DNA of 64,000 nt from Octopus vulgaris (GCA_951406725.2 OX597840.1:30318001-30382000); one strand, 5' to 3'. Shown: positions 39,849 through 53,462, counted from the stretch's first letter. Notes: generated from the sequence alone by a model not told the origin. Numbers and translations: made by a program.

Positions 39849-41220
39849 TTAAGATCCGTTTTCCATGCTGGTATGGGTTGGACTGTTTGACTAAAAACTG
39901 GTCAGCTGGGAAGCTTTACCAGGTTCCAGTCTGATTTGGCAAGATTTCTACAGCCAGATGCCCTTCCCAACACCGACCACTTCAAGTGTGTAGCAGGTGC
40001 TTTTTACATGTCACTGGCACAAGTGACAGTTATGCCAGCACTGGCATCGGCCACAAGCGCAATCTCACTTGGCTTGACAGGTATTCTCAAGAATGATATA
40101 TTACCAAAGTTATTTCACTGAATTTAAACCTTCCATCAAAATTAATTTAAATTCCAAACACCAGATTAATAACGACAAAGTTATTTTACTAAATTCCTCA
40201 TTATTTTCAAAATTATCTGAACTCTTGGCAGACTATTTCAACAGAAATATGGTAACAAAATGATCAACCTTTTATTGTGCCGGTGGCACGTAAAAGGCAC
40301 CATCCGAACATGGTCGATGCCAGCACCGCCTTGACTGGCTTCTGTGCCGGTGGCACGTAAAAAGCACCATCCGATCGTGACCGCTACCAGACTCCCCTGG
40401 CACCTGTGCTGGTGGCACGTAAAAAGCACCCACTACACTCACGGAGTGGTTGGCGTTAGTAAGGGCATCCAGCTGTAGAAACACTGCCAGATCAGACTGG
40501 AGCCTGGAGCAGCCTCCTGGCTTCCCAGACCCCGGTCGAACCGTCCAATCCGTGCTAGCATGGAAAACGGATGTTAAACGACGATGATGATGATGATGAT
40601 GATGTACAACCCTCGGTTGTATGATGCCAATTCCCTGTTTTAATATGATCTGAATTAAAACCTTCTATGAAGAACTGATGTTAATTTATGTTCGAAACAT
40701 TACCTTCATAAGAACAAAGATATTTCACTAAAATCGTTGTTTAACGTCCATTTTCCATGCTAGCATGGGTTGGACAGTTCGACCGGGGTCTGGGAAGCCA
40801 GGAGGCTGCACCAGGCTCCAACCTGATCTAGCAGTGTTTCTACAGCTGGATGCCCTTCCTAACGCCAACCACTCCATGAGTGCAGTGGGTGCTTTTTACA
40901 TGCCACCAGCACAGGTGCCAGGGGAGTCTTCATTATTTTGAAAATTTTTTGAAACAAATGCAGTGTATTTCAACAGAAAAAAGTAACAAAACGGTTAACC
41001 CTTTTGGCACCAACCCACCTGATACACCATTGGTTCTATGAGACAAACTTCTTGCTTTAACATAATCTAAAAATCTTTCACCAAATTTCATGTTAATTTA
41101 TTTTCTAGTTACCGGTTCCATAATGACAGAATTCTTTTATTAAATTCTGTTTTATTTTCGAAATTAATGCAAATAAAGGCAGTGATTTTCAACAGAAATA
41201 TGGTGACAAAATGGTGAAGC
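39710..41220. mobile_element. Cluster of older piggyBac-like MITE units split by three RTE 3' ends (39817-40110 minus, 40275-40603 plus, 40735-40928 minus)
   Basis: Recurrent TTTCAACAGAAATATGGTAACAAAA and TTCATGTTAATTTATGTT as in the 28327 array; family D motifs between. Confidence 0.72.
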
Positions 41221-41257
41221 CATCATTGATAAAAATATGCTTGAGAGCACCCGTAAA

Positions 41258-42148
41258 TCTCTATATATAAACAGCAAAATATCTGTCTGTCTGTGTGTGT
41301 GTCCTTTATACAAATTCACAATTTTTCAGTTAGAGGGATCGTATTTTCTATGGTCATTCAAAACCGTCCAAGGGTGGTCGTGCACATCTTTACATTTCCC
41401 CAGTCACCCCGCAAAGCCATTTATCTCTCTATATATAAACGACAAAATGTCTGTGTGTGTGTCCTTTATACAAATCCACAATTTTTCAGTTAGAGGGATC
41501 GTATTTTCTATGGTCATTTAAAACCGTCCAAGGGTGGTCGTGCACATCTTTACATTTCCCCAGTCACCCCACAAAGCCATTTATCTCTCTATATATAAAC
41601 GACAAAATGTCTGTGTGTGTGTCCTTTATACAAATCCACAATTTTTCAGTTAGAGGGATCACACTTTCTATGGTCATTCAAAACCGTCCAAGGGTGGTCG
41701 TGCACATCTTTACATTTCCCCAGTCACCCCGCAAAGCCATTTATCTCTCTATATATAAACGACAAAATGTCTGTGTGTGTGTCCTTTATACAAATCCACA
41801 ATTTTTCAATTAGAGGGCTCGCACTTTCTATGGTCATTCAAAACCGTCCAAGGGTGGTCGTGCACATCTTTACATTTCCCCAGTCACTCCACAAAGCCAT
41901 TTATCTCTCTATATATAAACGACAAAATGTCTGTGTGTGTGTCCTTTATACAAATCCACAATTTTCCAGTTAGAGGGCTCGCACTTTCTATGGTCATTCA
42001 AAACCGTCCAAGGGTGGTCGTGCACATCTTTACATTTCTCCAGTCACCCAGCAAAGCCATTTATCTCTATATATATAAACGGCAAAATGTCTGTCTGCAT
42101 GTTTGTCTTTTATACAAATCCACAATTTTCCAGTTAGAGGGCTTGCAT
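41258..42148 (+). repeat. 160-bp tandem array (~5.5 units) of Helitron-like 5' termini
   Basis: Units start A|TCTCT..ATATATAAAC at 41258, 41424, 41584, 41744, 41904, 42064; near identical. Confidence 0.9.
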
Positions 42149-42318
42149 TCATTCTAATGGTCTCTTTTCAAAACCACTTAGTCACAGGGTATAACCACAC
42201 AATACAAGTTGTACATGGTGATGGGCACAAACACAGACACAAAGAAACACACACACACACACACACACAAAAACACATACATATGTGTGTGTATGTATAT
42301 ATTCTTTTTATTCTTTTA

Positions 42319-42698
42319 CTAGCAGTATCCAAAACGTTGCTCAGGTTTGTAAGGGAAATAACTATAAAGCATTTTTAGAGAGTTATAGCCAAAAAATAGA
42401 AAAAAATGGAAAAAAATGATGGTAAATTTTTTTGAGAGTGAAAAAAGGTGGAGTTGCGTCCCCTAGACAGTTTGCATGTTTGTGTTTCTGATCCGACCCC
42501 ATGTCTGAATTTATCGATTTTTTTCAGAACTGGGGGAACTTTTCAAAATTTTCGCTACGTTAGTTTTGAATTATGACATTGGGCTATGATGTGTCAAGTT
42601 TCATCAGAATCGGTTGAAAGCCGTGGTCAGGGTGAGGGTACAAGCAAACAGACACACAGACACACACACAGACAAACTGCCGTTTATATATAGAGAGA
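42319..42698 (-). mobile_element. Non-autonomous Helitron
   Basis: Reverse complement of 43109-43489; TC and CTAG termini. Confidence 0.85.
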
Positions 42699-42885
42699 TT
42701 TCAGAACTGGGGGAACTTTTCAAAATTTTCTGCGTTAGTTTTGAATTATGACATTGGGCTATGTGTGCTGAACCAGTTTCATCAGGGATATCGGTTGAAA
42801 GCCGTGGTCAGTGGTGAAGGTACAAGCAAACAGACACACAGAAACACGCACAGACAAACTGCCGTTGTATATAGATTTTTTAGAT

Positions 42886-43635
42886 TCTTTTACTTGTTTC
42901 AGTCATTTGACTGCAGCCATGCTGGAGCACCACCTTTAATTGAACAAATCAACCCCAGAACATATTCTTTGTAAGCCTAGTACTTATTCTATCGGTTTCT
43001 TTTGCTGAACCGTTAAGTTATAGGGATGTAAACACAACAATATTGGTTGTCAAGTGATGGTAGAGGGACAAACACAGACACACACACACACATATATGTG
43101 TATATATATCTCTCTCTATATAAACGGCAGTTTGTCTGTGCGTTTTCTGTGTGTCTGTTTTCTCGTACCCTCACTCTGACCACGGCTTTCAACCGATTCT
43201 GATGAAACTTGACACACACATAGCCCAATGTCATAATTCAAAACTAACGCAGCGAAAATTTTGAAAAGTTCCCCCAGTTCTGAAAAAAATCGATAAATTC
43301 GACATGGGGTCGAGAATCAGAAACCCAAACCACAGACCGTCTAGGGGACGCAACTCCACCTTTTTAACTCTCAAAAAAAATTTACCATCATTTTTTTCCT
43401 TTTTCTGCTATTTTTTGGCTATAACTCTCTAAAAATGCTTTATAGTTATTTCCCTTACAAACCTGAGTAACGCCGGGCGATACTGCTAGTATATATATAT
43501 ATATATATATATACGACGGGCCTCTTTCAGTTTCCGTCCACCAAATCCACTCACAAAGCTTTGGTCGACCTGAGGCTATAGTAGAAGATGCCACACAATG
43601 GTACTGAACTCAGAACCATGTGGTTGGAAAGCAAG
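42886..43635 (-). mobile_element. SINE-A split by a Helitron in its internal microsatellite
   Basis: Tail half 42886-43105, head half 43490-43635. Confidence 0.85.
43109..43489 (+). mobile_element. Non-autonomous Helitron
   Basis: 5' TC after A, subterminal hairpin CCTGAGTAACGCCGGG, 3' CTAG before T, no TSD. Confidence 0.9.
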
Positions 43636-43664
43636 CTTCTTACCACACAGCCAATTCTGTGTCT

Positions 43665-43696
<32 letters not shown>

Positions 43697-43807
43697 GTAT
43701 TAAAAAAAATGGAGAAAAAGACAACAAGAAAAAACAACAGCACAAGGACTTAGTACAAGGACAAAGTATTAATGAGATGCTCAGAGAAGGAAAGAAAGAG
43801 TGGTTGT

Positions 43808-43840
43808 TTTATGTTTCGAGCATAGCTCTTCTTCAGGAAG
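43808..43840 (-). ncRNA. Minimal hammerhead motif (one CpG-type change in stem III)
   Basis: CTGAAGA-A-GAGC TAT GCTC-GAAAC-ATA-AAA; stem I weak. Confidence 0.55.
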
Positions 43841-44244
43841 AGGAGACATAGGAAAGTCCAAAAGAAAAGGAAGAAGGAAGAAAAATGTTGTCAACAATCC
43901 GCATGTAGTTACATACAATGAGCCCCACTTCCAGTTTGTGTCTACCAAATTCATTCACAAGGCTTTAGTCAGCTTGGAGCTATAGTGGAAGACACTGGGA
44001 CTGAACCTGAAACCTTATGGTTTGGAAACAAGCTTCTTATCACACAGCCATACATGTGACTTGTAAGAGAATTGTGTAGGCAGAAGCTGTGTGGAAACCC
44101 ATCATGTATAAAAATTCGTGTGTGTGTGTGTGTGTGTATATGTGCAGATTCATTTATCTGTATATATGTGTACGTATGTATATTTACATATATTTATGTG
44201 TATGTATATATATATATATATATATATGTATATGTATGTATATG

Positions 44245-44303
<59 letters not shown>

Positions 44304-44326
44304 ATATATATATGTATATGTATGTA

Positions 44327-44357
<31 letters not shown>

Positions 44358-44363
44358 GTATGC

Positions 44364-44397
<34 letters not shown>

Positions 44398-44414
44398 ATA
44401 TATATATGTATATG

Positions 44415-44461
<47 letters not shown>

Positions 44462-44510
44462 GTATGCATATATATATATATATGTATATATATATATGTA
44501 TATGTATGTA

Positions 44511-44541
<31 letters not shown>

Positions 44542-44976
44542 GTATGCATATATATATACATATATGTAAGCATATGTATATATGTGTGTGTGTATGTACA
44601 TATAATCATGCTATATCTAAAACATTGAGTCTAACCTTTAATCCAGTCTCCATTTGTCTCCTCTGTTATGATTCCATGACAACTAAAAATATTTCTCTGT
44701 TATTTTTGGTTTCAGACTCTTAAAAAAACATATTTTTGATGGGACTTGATTAATACGTATATATATATATTTTCTTTTCTTTTTTTATATTCTCAACTTG
44801 TACTAAAAACTCTAAAAGTAACACATAAATTCCTTATTTTATTGACCTGGGATTAAAAATAAGCAAAGATGACTCAGCTGGATTTGATCTCAGAACTGAA
44901 GCAAATGCAATGGAATTTAGCAGAACAACCTTTTTGACACCAACCTGCTTGATCCCTTTTCTGGTTCTTTGATACA

Positions 44977-45381
44977 AGTGGCTGTGTGGTAAGTAGCTTG
45001 CTAACCAGCCACATGGTTCCGGGTTCAGTCCCACTGCGTGGCATCTTAGGCAAGTGTCTTCTGCTATAGCCTCATCTGACCAATGCCTTGTGAGTGGATT
45101 TGGTAGACGGAAACTGAAAGAAGCCTGTCGTATATATGTATATATATATATATATATGTGTGTGTATATGTTTGAGTGTTTGTGTTTGTCCCCCTAGCAT
45201 TGCTTGACAACCGATACTGGTATGTTTACGTCCCCGTCACTTAGCGGTTCGGCAAAAGAGACCGATAGAATAAGTACTGGGCTTACAAAGAATAAGTCCC
45301 GGGGTCGATTTGCTCGACTAAAGGCGGTGCTCCAGCATGGCCGCAGTCAAATGACTGAAACAAGTAAAAGAGTAAAAGAGT
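44977..45381 (+). mobile_element. SINE-A near full length
   Basis: Family match. Confidence 0.9.
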
Positions 45382-45800
45382 AATAAAACTGCATGAAAAT
45401 TTCATGCTATCTTATGTTCCAAACACTAGTTTAGTAATGGTTTCAAATTTTGGCACAAGGCCAGCAATTGGAGAAATGGATAAGTTGATTAAATTAACCC
45501 TAGTGCTCTATTAGTCGTAATTTTAACAACTCTGAAAGGATGAAAGAGAAAGTCGACTTCAGCGGAATTTGAACTCGGAATGTAAAGACAGATAAAATGC
45601 TGCTAAACATTTTTCCTGTCATAGTATTGATTCTGTTAGCTTTAAGCATCAACTTAATAACGGTTTCAAATTTAGGCACTAGGCTAGCAATTTCAAGAGA
45701 TGGGGTTAATTTGATTATATTGACCCCAGTTTACAACTCATACTTATTTTATTGAGCTCCAAGGGATGGAGGGCAAAGTTGACTGTGGGTGCTAATGGGT

Positions 45801-46020
45801 TAACTCATTGGCACCCATGGTCCATTTTTTAGGACCAGAAGGATAATCCTTCTGCAACTCCTGTAATTTTCTGAGATATCTTAAGTTGGTCATCAAGACT
45901 GGAATTTTCTTTCAAATATTGTAATAAATTTTTTTTTATTTATTGAGTATCAGATAAAGTTGTATAAAAAAGATTTTTGGTGTTAAATTAAGTAAAAAAC
46001 TTTTGGCACTAATGGGTTAA
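45801..46020. mobile_element. piggyBac-like MITE inside an old SINE-B
   Basis: TTAACTCATTGGCAC ... GGCACTAATGGGTTAA; SINE-B halves on both sides. Confidence 0.6.
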
Positions 46021-46368
46021 ACTCAGAATGTAAAGACAGATGAAATATTGCTAAGCATCTTGTCCATTTTGGTAACAATTCTGTCAGCTCACCACCTTAA
46101 GCACAAGCTTAATAATGACAGTTAATTTGCTGAATTCTTTGTTTGTTTTAAAATTATTTGAAACCAAATTAGTGTAGTTTAATAGAAATATGGTTACAAA
46201 ATGTGTTTTTCATTTAAATTGAGCTGTTAGCAGTTTGAAGGTCTTGAATTCTTCAATTAAAAAATGAATAGAGAAAAATTTGGTATTGGACCAGATTTAT
46301 CAGATGTTCTTATACATTCTTTGTCATGTAACAAAAGGGAAGTGTGTTAATTAGGCTTATTGTTACTG

Positions 46369-46772
46369 CAAGACCTGGACACTAAAAAAAGCTGACTAGA
46401 AGAGAATTAATGCATTCGAGCTTTGGTGTTGGAGAAGACTTTTACGGATTCCATGTACAGCGAGGCTCACCAATGGAGAAGTTCTTAAGCAGATAAGGCC
46501 GAAAATGTTGCTAGAAGCTGGGATCACCAAGCATAGATTGGCGTATTTCGGTCATATTATGCGGAGAAAATCCCTGGAGAAGGACATCATGCTCAGAATG
46601 GTCAGTGGCAAGAGAGGAAGAGGCCAACCAAGAACCTGCTGGCTTGACACCATCAAGAGTGATACCGGAATGGACATGGCCAATCTGAAGGAAGCGGCCC
46701 AGGATAGAACTGACTGGAGGACACTGATCCAATGAGTAACTGAGAGTCGACTTCGACTGAGCAGATAGAGAG
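46369..46772 (+). pseudogene. RTE (BovB-like) LINE 3' ORF fragment
   Basis: TWTLKKAD*KRINAFELWCWRRLLRIPCTARLTNGEVL...RLAYFGHIMRRKSLEKDIML..VSGKRGRGQPRTCWLD...AAQDRTDWR. Confidence 0.92.
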
Positions 46773-47131
46773 AGTTCCTGCATCACGGTCACCAAATGTA
46801 GTAGGTTTGAATGGACAAGATGTTTAGCAATATTTCATCCGTCTTTACGTTCTGAGTTTAAGCCATTAGTGCCAAAAGTTTTTTTCTTTAATTTATCACT
46901 GATATATAACTGCAGCAGTAATCCAATGCAACAGGTTGCATAAATGTAAAGATTAGTTGAAGTTGTGAGATGACAATTAAAAGAGACACCGAAAAGAGAA
47001 TTGTTATTTGATGATAGTAATACAAAGCTTGGTAGTAGTAATTGGAGTGACAATGACAATGGTGTTGCTTGCATGCTCTTAGTGTGTGTGTGTGTGTGTG
47101 TGTGTGTTTAAGCCAACTTAATGGTCTGCTG

Positions 47132-47538
47132 TAGGTAGTGGGTAGCAATTTTCTTAACTTCTTCAAGGAGTGACAACCCTGCCTGACATGAGTCCTAGGC
47201 TCAGCTGGCTCTGGCTGAGTATACCCGGTATGGGCCCTTATCCAGGGTTATGGAAAGGAGACAACCTTCAAAGAAATCTGGAGTAGAGTCGACACTCTTC
47301 TGGCAGCTCCTGCAACCAAGCTGGTGCCAAACGTAATGCTCTGCACTCCTTTGGACTACGTCAGCAAGGTCACGAGAGGAATCCTGACGATTGGGCTACC
47401 CAGGATTTTCTTACATCTAGCCCGGGCCTGTGCAAGTCTGGAGAGGAAGCTGGAGAGGACAGGAAATGTAAAAACCAGACTGGATTAGTTTATGCACATC
47501 TCCATTGTCTCCCGAGACAAAAGGATGCTAACAACAAC
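47132..47538 (+). mobile_element. Short non-autonomous RTE derivative with 12-bp TSD
   Basis: AATGGTCTGCTG at 47120-47131 and 47539-47550; GGCAGCTCCTGC..CCAAGCTGGTGCCAAA recalled from RTE 5' regions; CCATTGTCTCCCGAGACAAAAGGATG(CAA)n RTE-like tail. Confidence 0.72.
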
Positions 47539-47625
47539 AATGGTCTGCTGCTACCAAGAGAAAAAGGGCAAGAATTGTGTTGTCCCTTTTCATTTGGCCA
47601 GAAATGCTTTTGGTTAGCAGGTAAA

Positions 47626-48043
47626 GGCGGCGAGCTGGCAGAAATGTTAGCACGCCAGGCGAAATGCTTAGCGGTATTTCGTCTGCTGCTACGTTCTGAG
47701 TTCAAATTCCGCCAAGGTCGACTTTGCCTTTCATCCTTTCGGGGGTCAATAAATTAAGTACCAGTTATGCACTGGTGTCGATATAATCGACTTAATCCAT
47801 TTGTCTGTCCTCATTTGGTCCCTCTGTGTTTATCTCCTTGTGGGCATTAAAGAAATAGGTATTTCATCTGCTTCTACGTTCTGAGTTAAAATTCTGCCGA
47901 GGTCGACTTTGCCTTTCATCATTTTGGGGGTCAATAAATTAAGTACCAGTTACGCACTGGGGTCAATCTAATCAACTTAATCCGTTTGTCTGTCCTCGTT
48001 TTTCCCGCCTGTGTTTAGCCCCTTGTGGGCAGTAAAGAAATAG
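47626..48043 (+). mobile_element. SINE-B with two body units; TSD GGTTAGCAGG(T/C)AAA
   Basis: TSD at ~47612 and ~48043. Confidence 0.9.
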
Positions 48044-48377
48044 GTTAGCAGGCAAATGCCAGAGAGAGTGAAACAAACCTTTCATTCATTTAAATAAGGT
48101 TTGGCTAAGAAGTAGGTCAATGCTAAAACAAAGTATTGACCTTTCCATGACCCCCAAAGTTCTCAGAGGTCACTTGATTCTCATCAATCTCCCGGTACAG
48201 AGAAAAAGTGACGAAGACCCAGACATTCATCTTACAAGCAACAGAAAATATGGATTTAGTTTCAAATCCAAAATAAGCAGAGGGAAACGATCTCCCAGAG
48301 TCATGCGGCATGATGCAGTGTTTTAGCTTTCAAATGATGCCACCCCAATGGCAAGGTGAGCTGGCCAACACTGCATT

Positions 48378-48699
48378 TTCACCGAACTGCTAAGTTATGG
48401 GGACGTAAACACACCAACAACATCAGTTGTCAAGTGATGGTGTGAGGTCAAATACAGACACATAAACATATATATGTGTGTATATAGATAGATATATATA
48501 TTTGTATGTATATATATATATATATATACACACATATATATATATATGTACGATGGGCTTCTTTCAGTTTCCGTCAACCAAATCCACTCACAAGACTTTG
48601 GTCGGCCTGAGGCTTTAGTAGAAGACACTTGCCCAAGGTGCCATGCAGTGGCACTGAACCTGGAACCATGTGGTTGGTAAGCAAGCTACTTACCACATA

Positions 48700-48700
<1 letters not shown>
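48378..48700 (-). mobile_element. SINE-A, tail truncated
   Basis: Family match. Confidence 0.82.
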
Positions 48701-48749
<49 letters not shown>

Positions 48750-48751
48750 TA

Positions 48752-48784
<33 letters not shown>

Positions 48785-48852
48785 CATAAATATAAGGGTA
48801 AAAAATTAAAATAATTTATTACTAGTGGTTCGCATGAGTAATAAAAGTCAGA

Positions 48853-48901
<49 letters not shown>

Positions 48902-49300
48902 TATACTATATATCAAATACATTATATATATATGTAAGACATACATATATATAATATATATGTAAGACATACATATATATATATATATGTAAACATATGT
49001 TTAATAATAGGAAGACTATAAGCTTTCAGAGTTAGCTTTGTTTCACCAGACATGGATTTTTCAAAGCTTTGATGTCCACTGGCTCACAGCCACACATATA
49101 AGTATATTTGCACACACACACATACACACACACACACACACATACACACATGCACACACACACACGGTAGCATATGCACTTGCGTAGATTATTGCACAGA
49201 ATACAAATGTGCCAACATACAGTCACATGACCAACATACACACAGACACATGCTTCCAAACACACACACACACACACACACATACACACACACACATACA

Positions 49301-49392
<92 letters not shown>

Positions 49393-49724
49393 TACACACA
49401 CACACACACACATACACACACACACACACACACACATACACACACACACACACATACACACACACATACACACACACCCATACACATACACACACACGCT
49501 ACATGCATAAACAAGCATAAGTACAATTTACACAAATATTTACATTCATAAGAAAAACGCATAACTATGTAGTGAGGGTCATGGGGGGAACGGAAATGAC
49601 ACTAATAGCATGTATTACATTTGAATGCTGAGGGAGAGAACATGACATGGAATTTGCATAAATATACATACATGTGTGGGTGTGTGGGTGTATATATATA
49701 TGTGTGTATCTGTATATGTATGTA

Positions 49725-50497
49725 TATGGGTTTGTGTATATGTGTCTATCTGTATATCTCTGTGTGTGTGTATGTATGTGTGTGAGTATATATGCATGTG
49801 TGTATACGTGTGTATATATTTATGTGTGTGTAATTGTGCATGTATATATATATATATGAGTGTGTATATGTGTGTCTATCTGGATATCTGTGTGTGTGTG
49901 TATGTATGTGTGTGAGTATATATGCATGTGTGTATATGTGTGTATATATTTATGTGTGTGTAATTGTGCATGTATATATATATATATATATATATGGGTG
50001 TGTATATGTGTGTCTATCTGGATATCTGTGTGTATGTATGTGTGTGAGTATATATGCATGTGTGTATACGTGTGTATATATTTATGTGTGTGTAATTGTG
50101 CATGTATATATATATATATATATGGGTGTGTATATGTGTGTCTATCTGGATATCTGTGTGTGTGTGTATGTATGTGTGTGAGTATATATGCATGTGTGTA
50201 TATGTGTGTATATATTTATGTGTGTGTAATTGTGCATGTGTATATATATATATATATATATGGGTGTGTATATGTGTGTCTATCTGTATATCTGTGTGTG
50301 TGTATGTATGTGTGTGAGTATATATGCATGTGTGTATACGTGTGTATATATTTATGTGTGTGTAATTGTGCATGTATATATATATATATATATGGGTGTG
50401 TATATGTGTGTCTATCTGGATATCTGTGTGTGTATGTGTGTGAGTATATATGCATCTGTGTATATGTGTGTATATATTTATGTGTGTGTAATTGTGC

Positions 50498-50510
<13 letters not shown>
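49725..50510. repeat. ~130-bp minisatellite (six units) assembled from TA/TG microsatellite
   Basis: Recurring GTCTATCTG(G/T)ATATCT, GTGAGTATATATGCAT and GTAATTGTGCATG. Confidence 0.92.
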
Positions 50511-50550
<40 letters not shown>

Positions 50551-50639
50551 TATATATATGAGTTGCCATGATAGATTGGTAGCCACTACACACATTTTTT
50601 TCTCTTCTTTTTTCTCTCCTTGTTTTTTTCTGTGTCCCT

Positions 50640-50708
<69 letters not shown>

Positions 50709-50752
50709 CACACACATATATATATATACATATATATATACACACACACACA

Positions 50753-50799
<47 letters not shown>

Positions 50800-51358
50800 A
50801 CATACACAAATGAAATAGCAGTGCTAAAATAAAAAATCAACATGGTGTCGGTAGAGCCATTCATATGTATCAACTCTTCTGCAAGAATGGACAAAATATC
50901 GATTGGTTATAGAAAGCAAATATCTGTGATGGGTTTCCATAGGTTGGGGACCAACTTGACGATTATAAATGCACTTATTTCATTGGTAGGGAGTAACTTT
51001 AAACTGTTGTTTTACCACAACATTTTTAGAGTATCTTTTTATCTCAATATGCTGGGTGACTTGAGAGGGCTTTAGGCATGGCTGTGTGGTAAGACGCTTG
51101 CTTCCCAAGCAAGTGGTTCCAGGTTCAGTTCCACAGTGTGACGCTTTGGGCAAGTGTATTCTACTATAGCACTGGGCTGACCAAAGCCTTGTGAGTGGAT
51201 TTGGTAGATGGAAACTGAAAGAAGCCCATCTTTTATATATATATGTGTGTGTATATATATATATAAAGGGAAAGTTTACGAAAATAAACAAAAGACGAAG
51301 GCAGGTGGAGTACAAACAAACAAATGTATTAGTATAGCGCTCAAGAATAGAAAAAATC

Positions 51359-51391
51359 TTTTACGTTTCGAGCCTACGCTCTTCAACAGAA
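51359..51391 (-). ncRNA. Minimal hammerhead-like motif with A6U core variant
   Basis: TT-CTGTTGA-A-GAGC GTAG GCTC-GAAAC-GTA-AA; palindromic ACGT stem III intact. Confidence 0.55.
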
Positions 51392-51774
51392 TGATACTCA
51401 GAAAAAAAGAAGGAGAGAAACAAGGACAGAAAAAAATGTGTGTAGTAGCTATGCAAAGATAATCTGGAACTCTACTGAGAACAGAAAACTCTGAATGACC
51501 CGTCCTTGTTTTCTTTGTATAGTCTATCTGGATGTTTTGTTGTCCCTTTTTTGTATCACCTAACTGTCCGGATGTTTTGCTTTACCGCGTGTGTATCGTT
51601 GGTGAGTTTTTTTTCTTCCATCTTCCCTTCCTTGGATCTTTCCTTTTCCAGTGTTTCTAATGAAGAGCTCTGCTCGAAATGTTAAATCCTCCTTCTTTCT
51701 TTCCTTTCCTGAGTTTCTAATAACACTATACTTGTTCCACATCCTTGCATTGTTGTGTTTTCCTGTTTGGATTA

Positions 51775-51825
<51 letters not shown>

Positions 51826-52784
51826 ATGTATATATTATCTGAAATATACAGTACTATATATCAATCATGGCTGATCATATCAATGGGTTTCACACTAGGA
51901 ATACAACAGTGTTAGATAACAATCCGATTATATAACCTTATGCTCATCAGAGTTAGTTGATATGGAAAGGGATATCCTTTTCCTTTTGGTCGTGTTGAGA
52001 TATTCTTTGTTGAATATCCTGGGTCATATAGTTCCAAATCCATTGCAAAAGATGTGTAATATAATATTCTTTGACGACTATGTAGAGCACACTGCTCTAC
52101 TATATGGCACAAGATGTGGATAACGTATTGCATGTCTTTGTGTGTGTATCCTACTACTACTTGACAACAGTGTTGGTGTGTTTGCATCCCCATAACTGAT
52201 AGAGTAAATACCAGGTTTAAAAAAAAAGAGAAAGAAAAGAAATACTGGGGTCGATTCATTCAACTAAAAATTCAACACAGTGCTCCAGCATGGCCACAGT
52301 TTAATAACTGAAACAGTAAAGGATAAAAGATAAAGCCCCCATGCCAGTGACACAGAAGAGACACCTTTACTGGTGACACGTTCAAGGCACCCACAACACT
52401 TTTGGAGTGATTTGCAATAGGAAGTGCATCCAAACATAGAAACCAAGCCAAATTAAAGTTTTCTATGCTTTGAGATGACAGAGAGAGTGAAAATTTTCCT
52501 GAACAGGAGATAACCACTTTGGGATTTAAATCTTACATTTTTTTTTCCTTATCTTGAGAGGTCTTTTTTCTCTGAGTATTTGGCGTTTATAGCATTTCAA
52601 TATTTCCATAAAATCCATTTATTGGATATTCCAGTAGTTTAGTGCAGCTTTATAATTTCAATTTTCTTTCAAAAAGATATTTCTATTATGTATTTTATGG
52701 AATTTTGAAATCTTATTAAGTTTTATAAACATTATAGCATGAAGCTCAAAAGACTCTTGAGACACTGTTCTATCCATCTGTCTG

Positions 52785-52823
<39 letters not shown>

Positions 52824-52898
52824 ATATACATATACATGTGTATGTGTGTGTGTGTGTTTTATATACATATACATATATACATATATATATATATATAC

Positions 52899-52941
<43 letters not shown>

Positions 52942-52944
52942 CAC

Positions 52945-52987
<43 letters not shown>

Positions 52988-52990
<3 letters not shown>

Positions 52991-53436
52991 TTTGATACTT
53001 TGATACTTTGATAGGTTTCGGCCATTATTGGCCCAGGCCATGTCTAACTTAATAGCACCACCTGGTGAAGTCTTTCAAGTCAGAATTTGGGCACTATGGC
53101 CCACTCAAGTAGAGAGTTATTGTTTACAGAGACATATCCGGGTGTAGGGGGTTTATCCGGGATTTCTTGAAGGAATCTGTCCAAAGACTTCTTGAACCCT
53201 ATAGGGTCAGTTTCTGTTTTAATGTGTTTTGGTGTAATGTTAAAGAGAGCGGGGCCAATTGAGGTGAAATAATTGTGCCGTATTGTTGTTATGAGATGAA
53301 AGTGCGATTTTTGTTTTGGGCGGATGGCACGGGGCCCAAGCCTTGGATGTACCTTAAAGGTGATGCCAACATCATTTGGGCAATGCTGATGGAATATTTT
53401 CCACATCATGCAGATGATGTAGCGCTCATGCAGATG
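52988..53436 (-). pseudogene. CR1-group LINE 3' fragment with (TATCAAAG)3 tail
   Basis: [56 protein letters not shown], stop 53080, short UTR with GGCC stem-loop and 8-bp tandem tail. Confidence 0.85.
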
Positions 53437-53462
53437 ATGTATATATATATACATATATATAC

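Noticed and set aside
41237-42157. Repeated 118-aa ORFs
   Set aside because: Frame rotation through a 160-bp tandem repeat.
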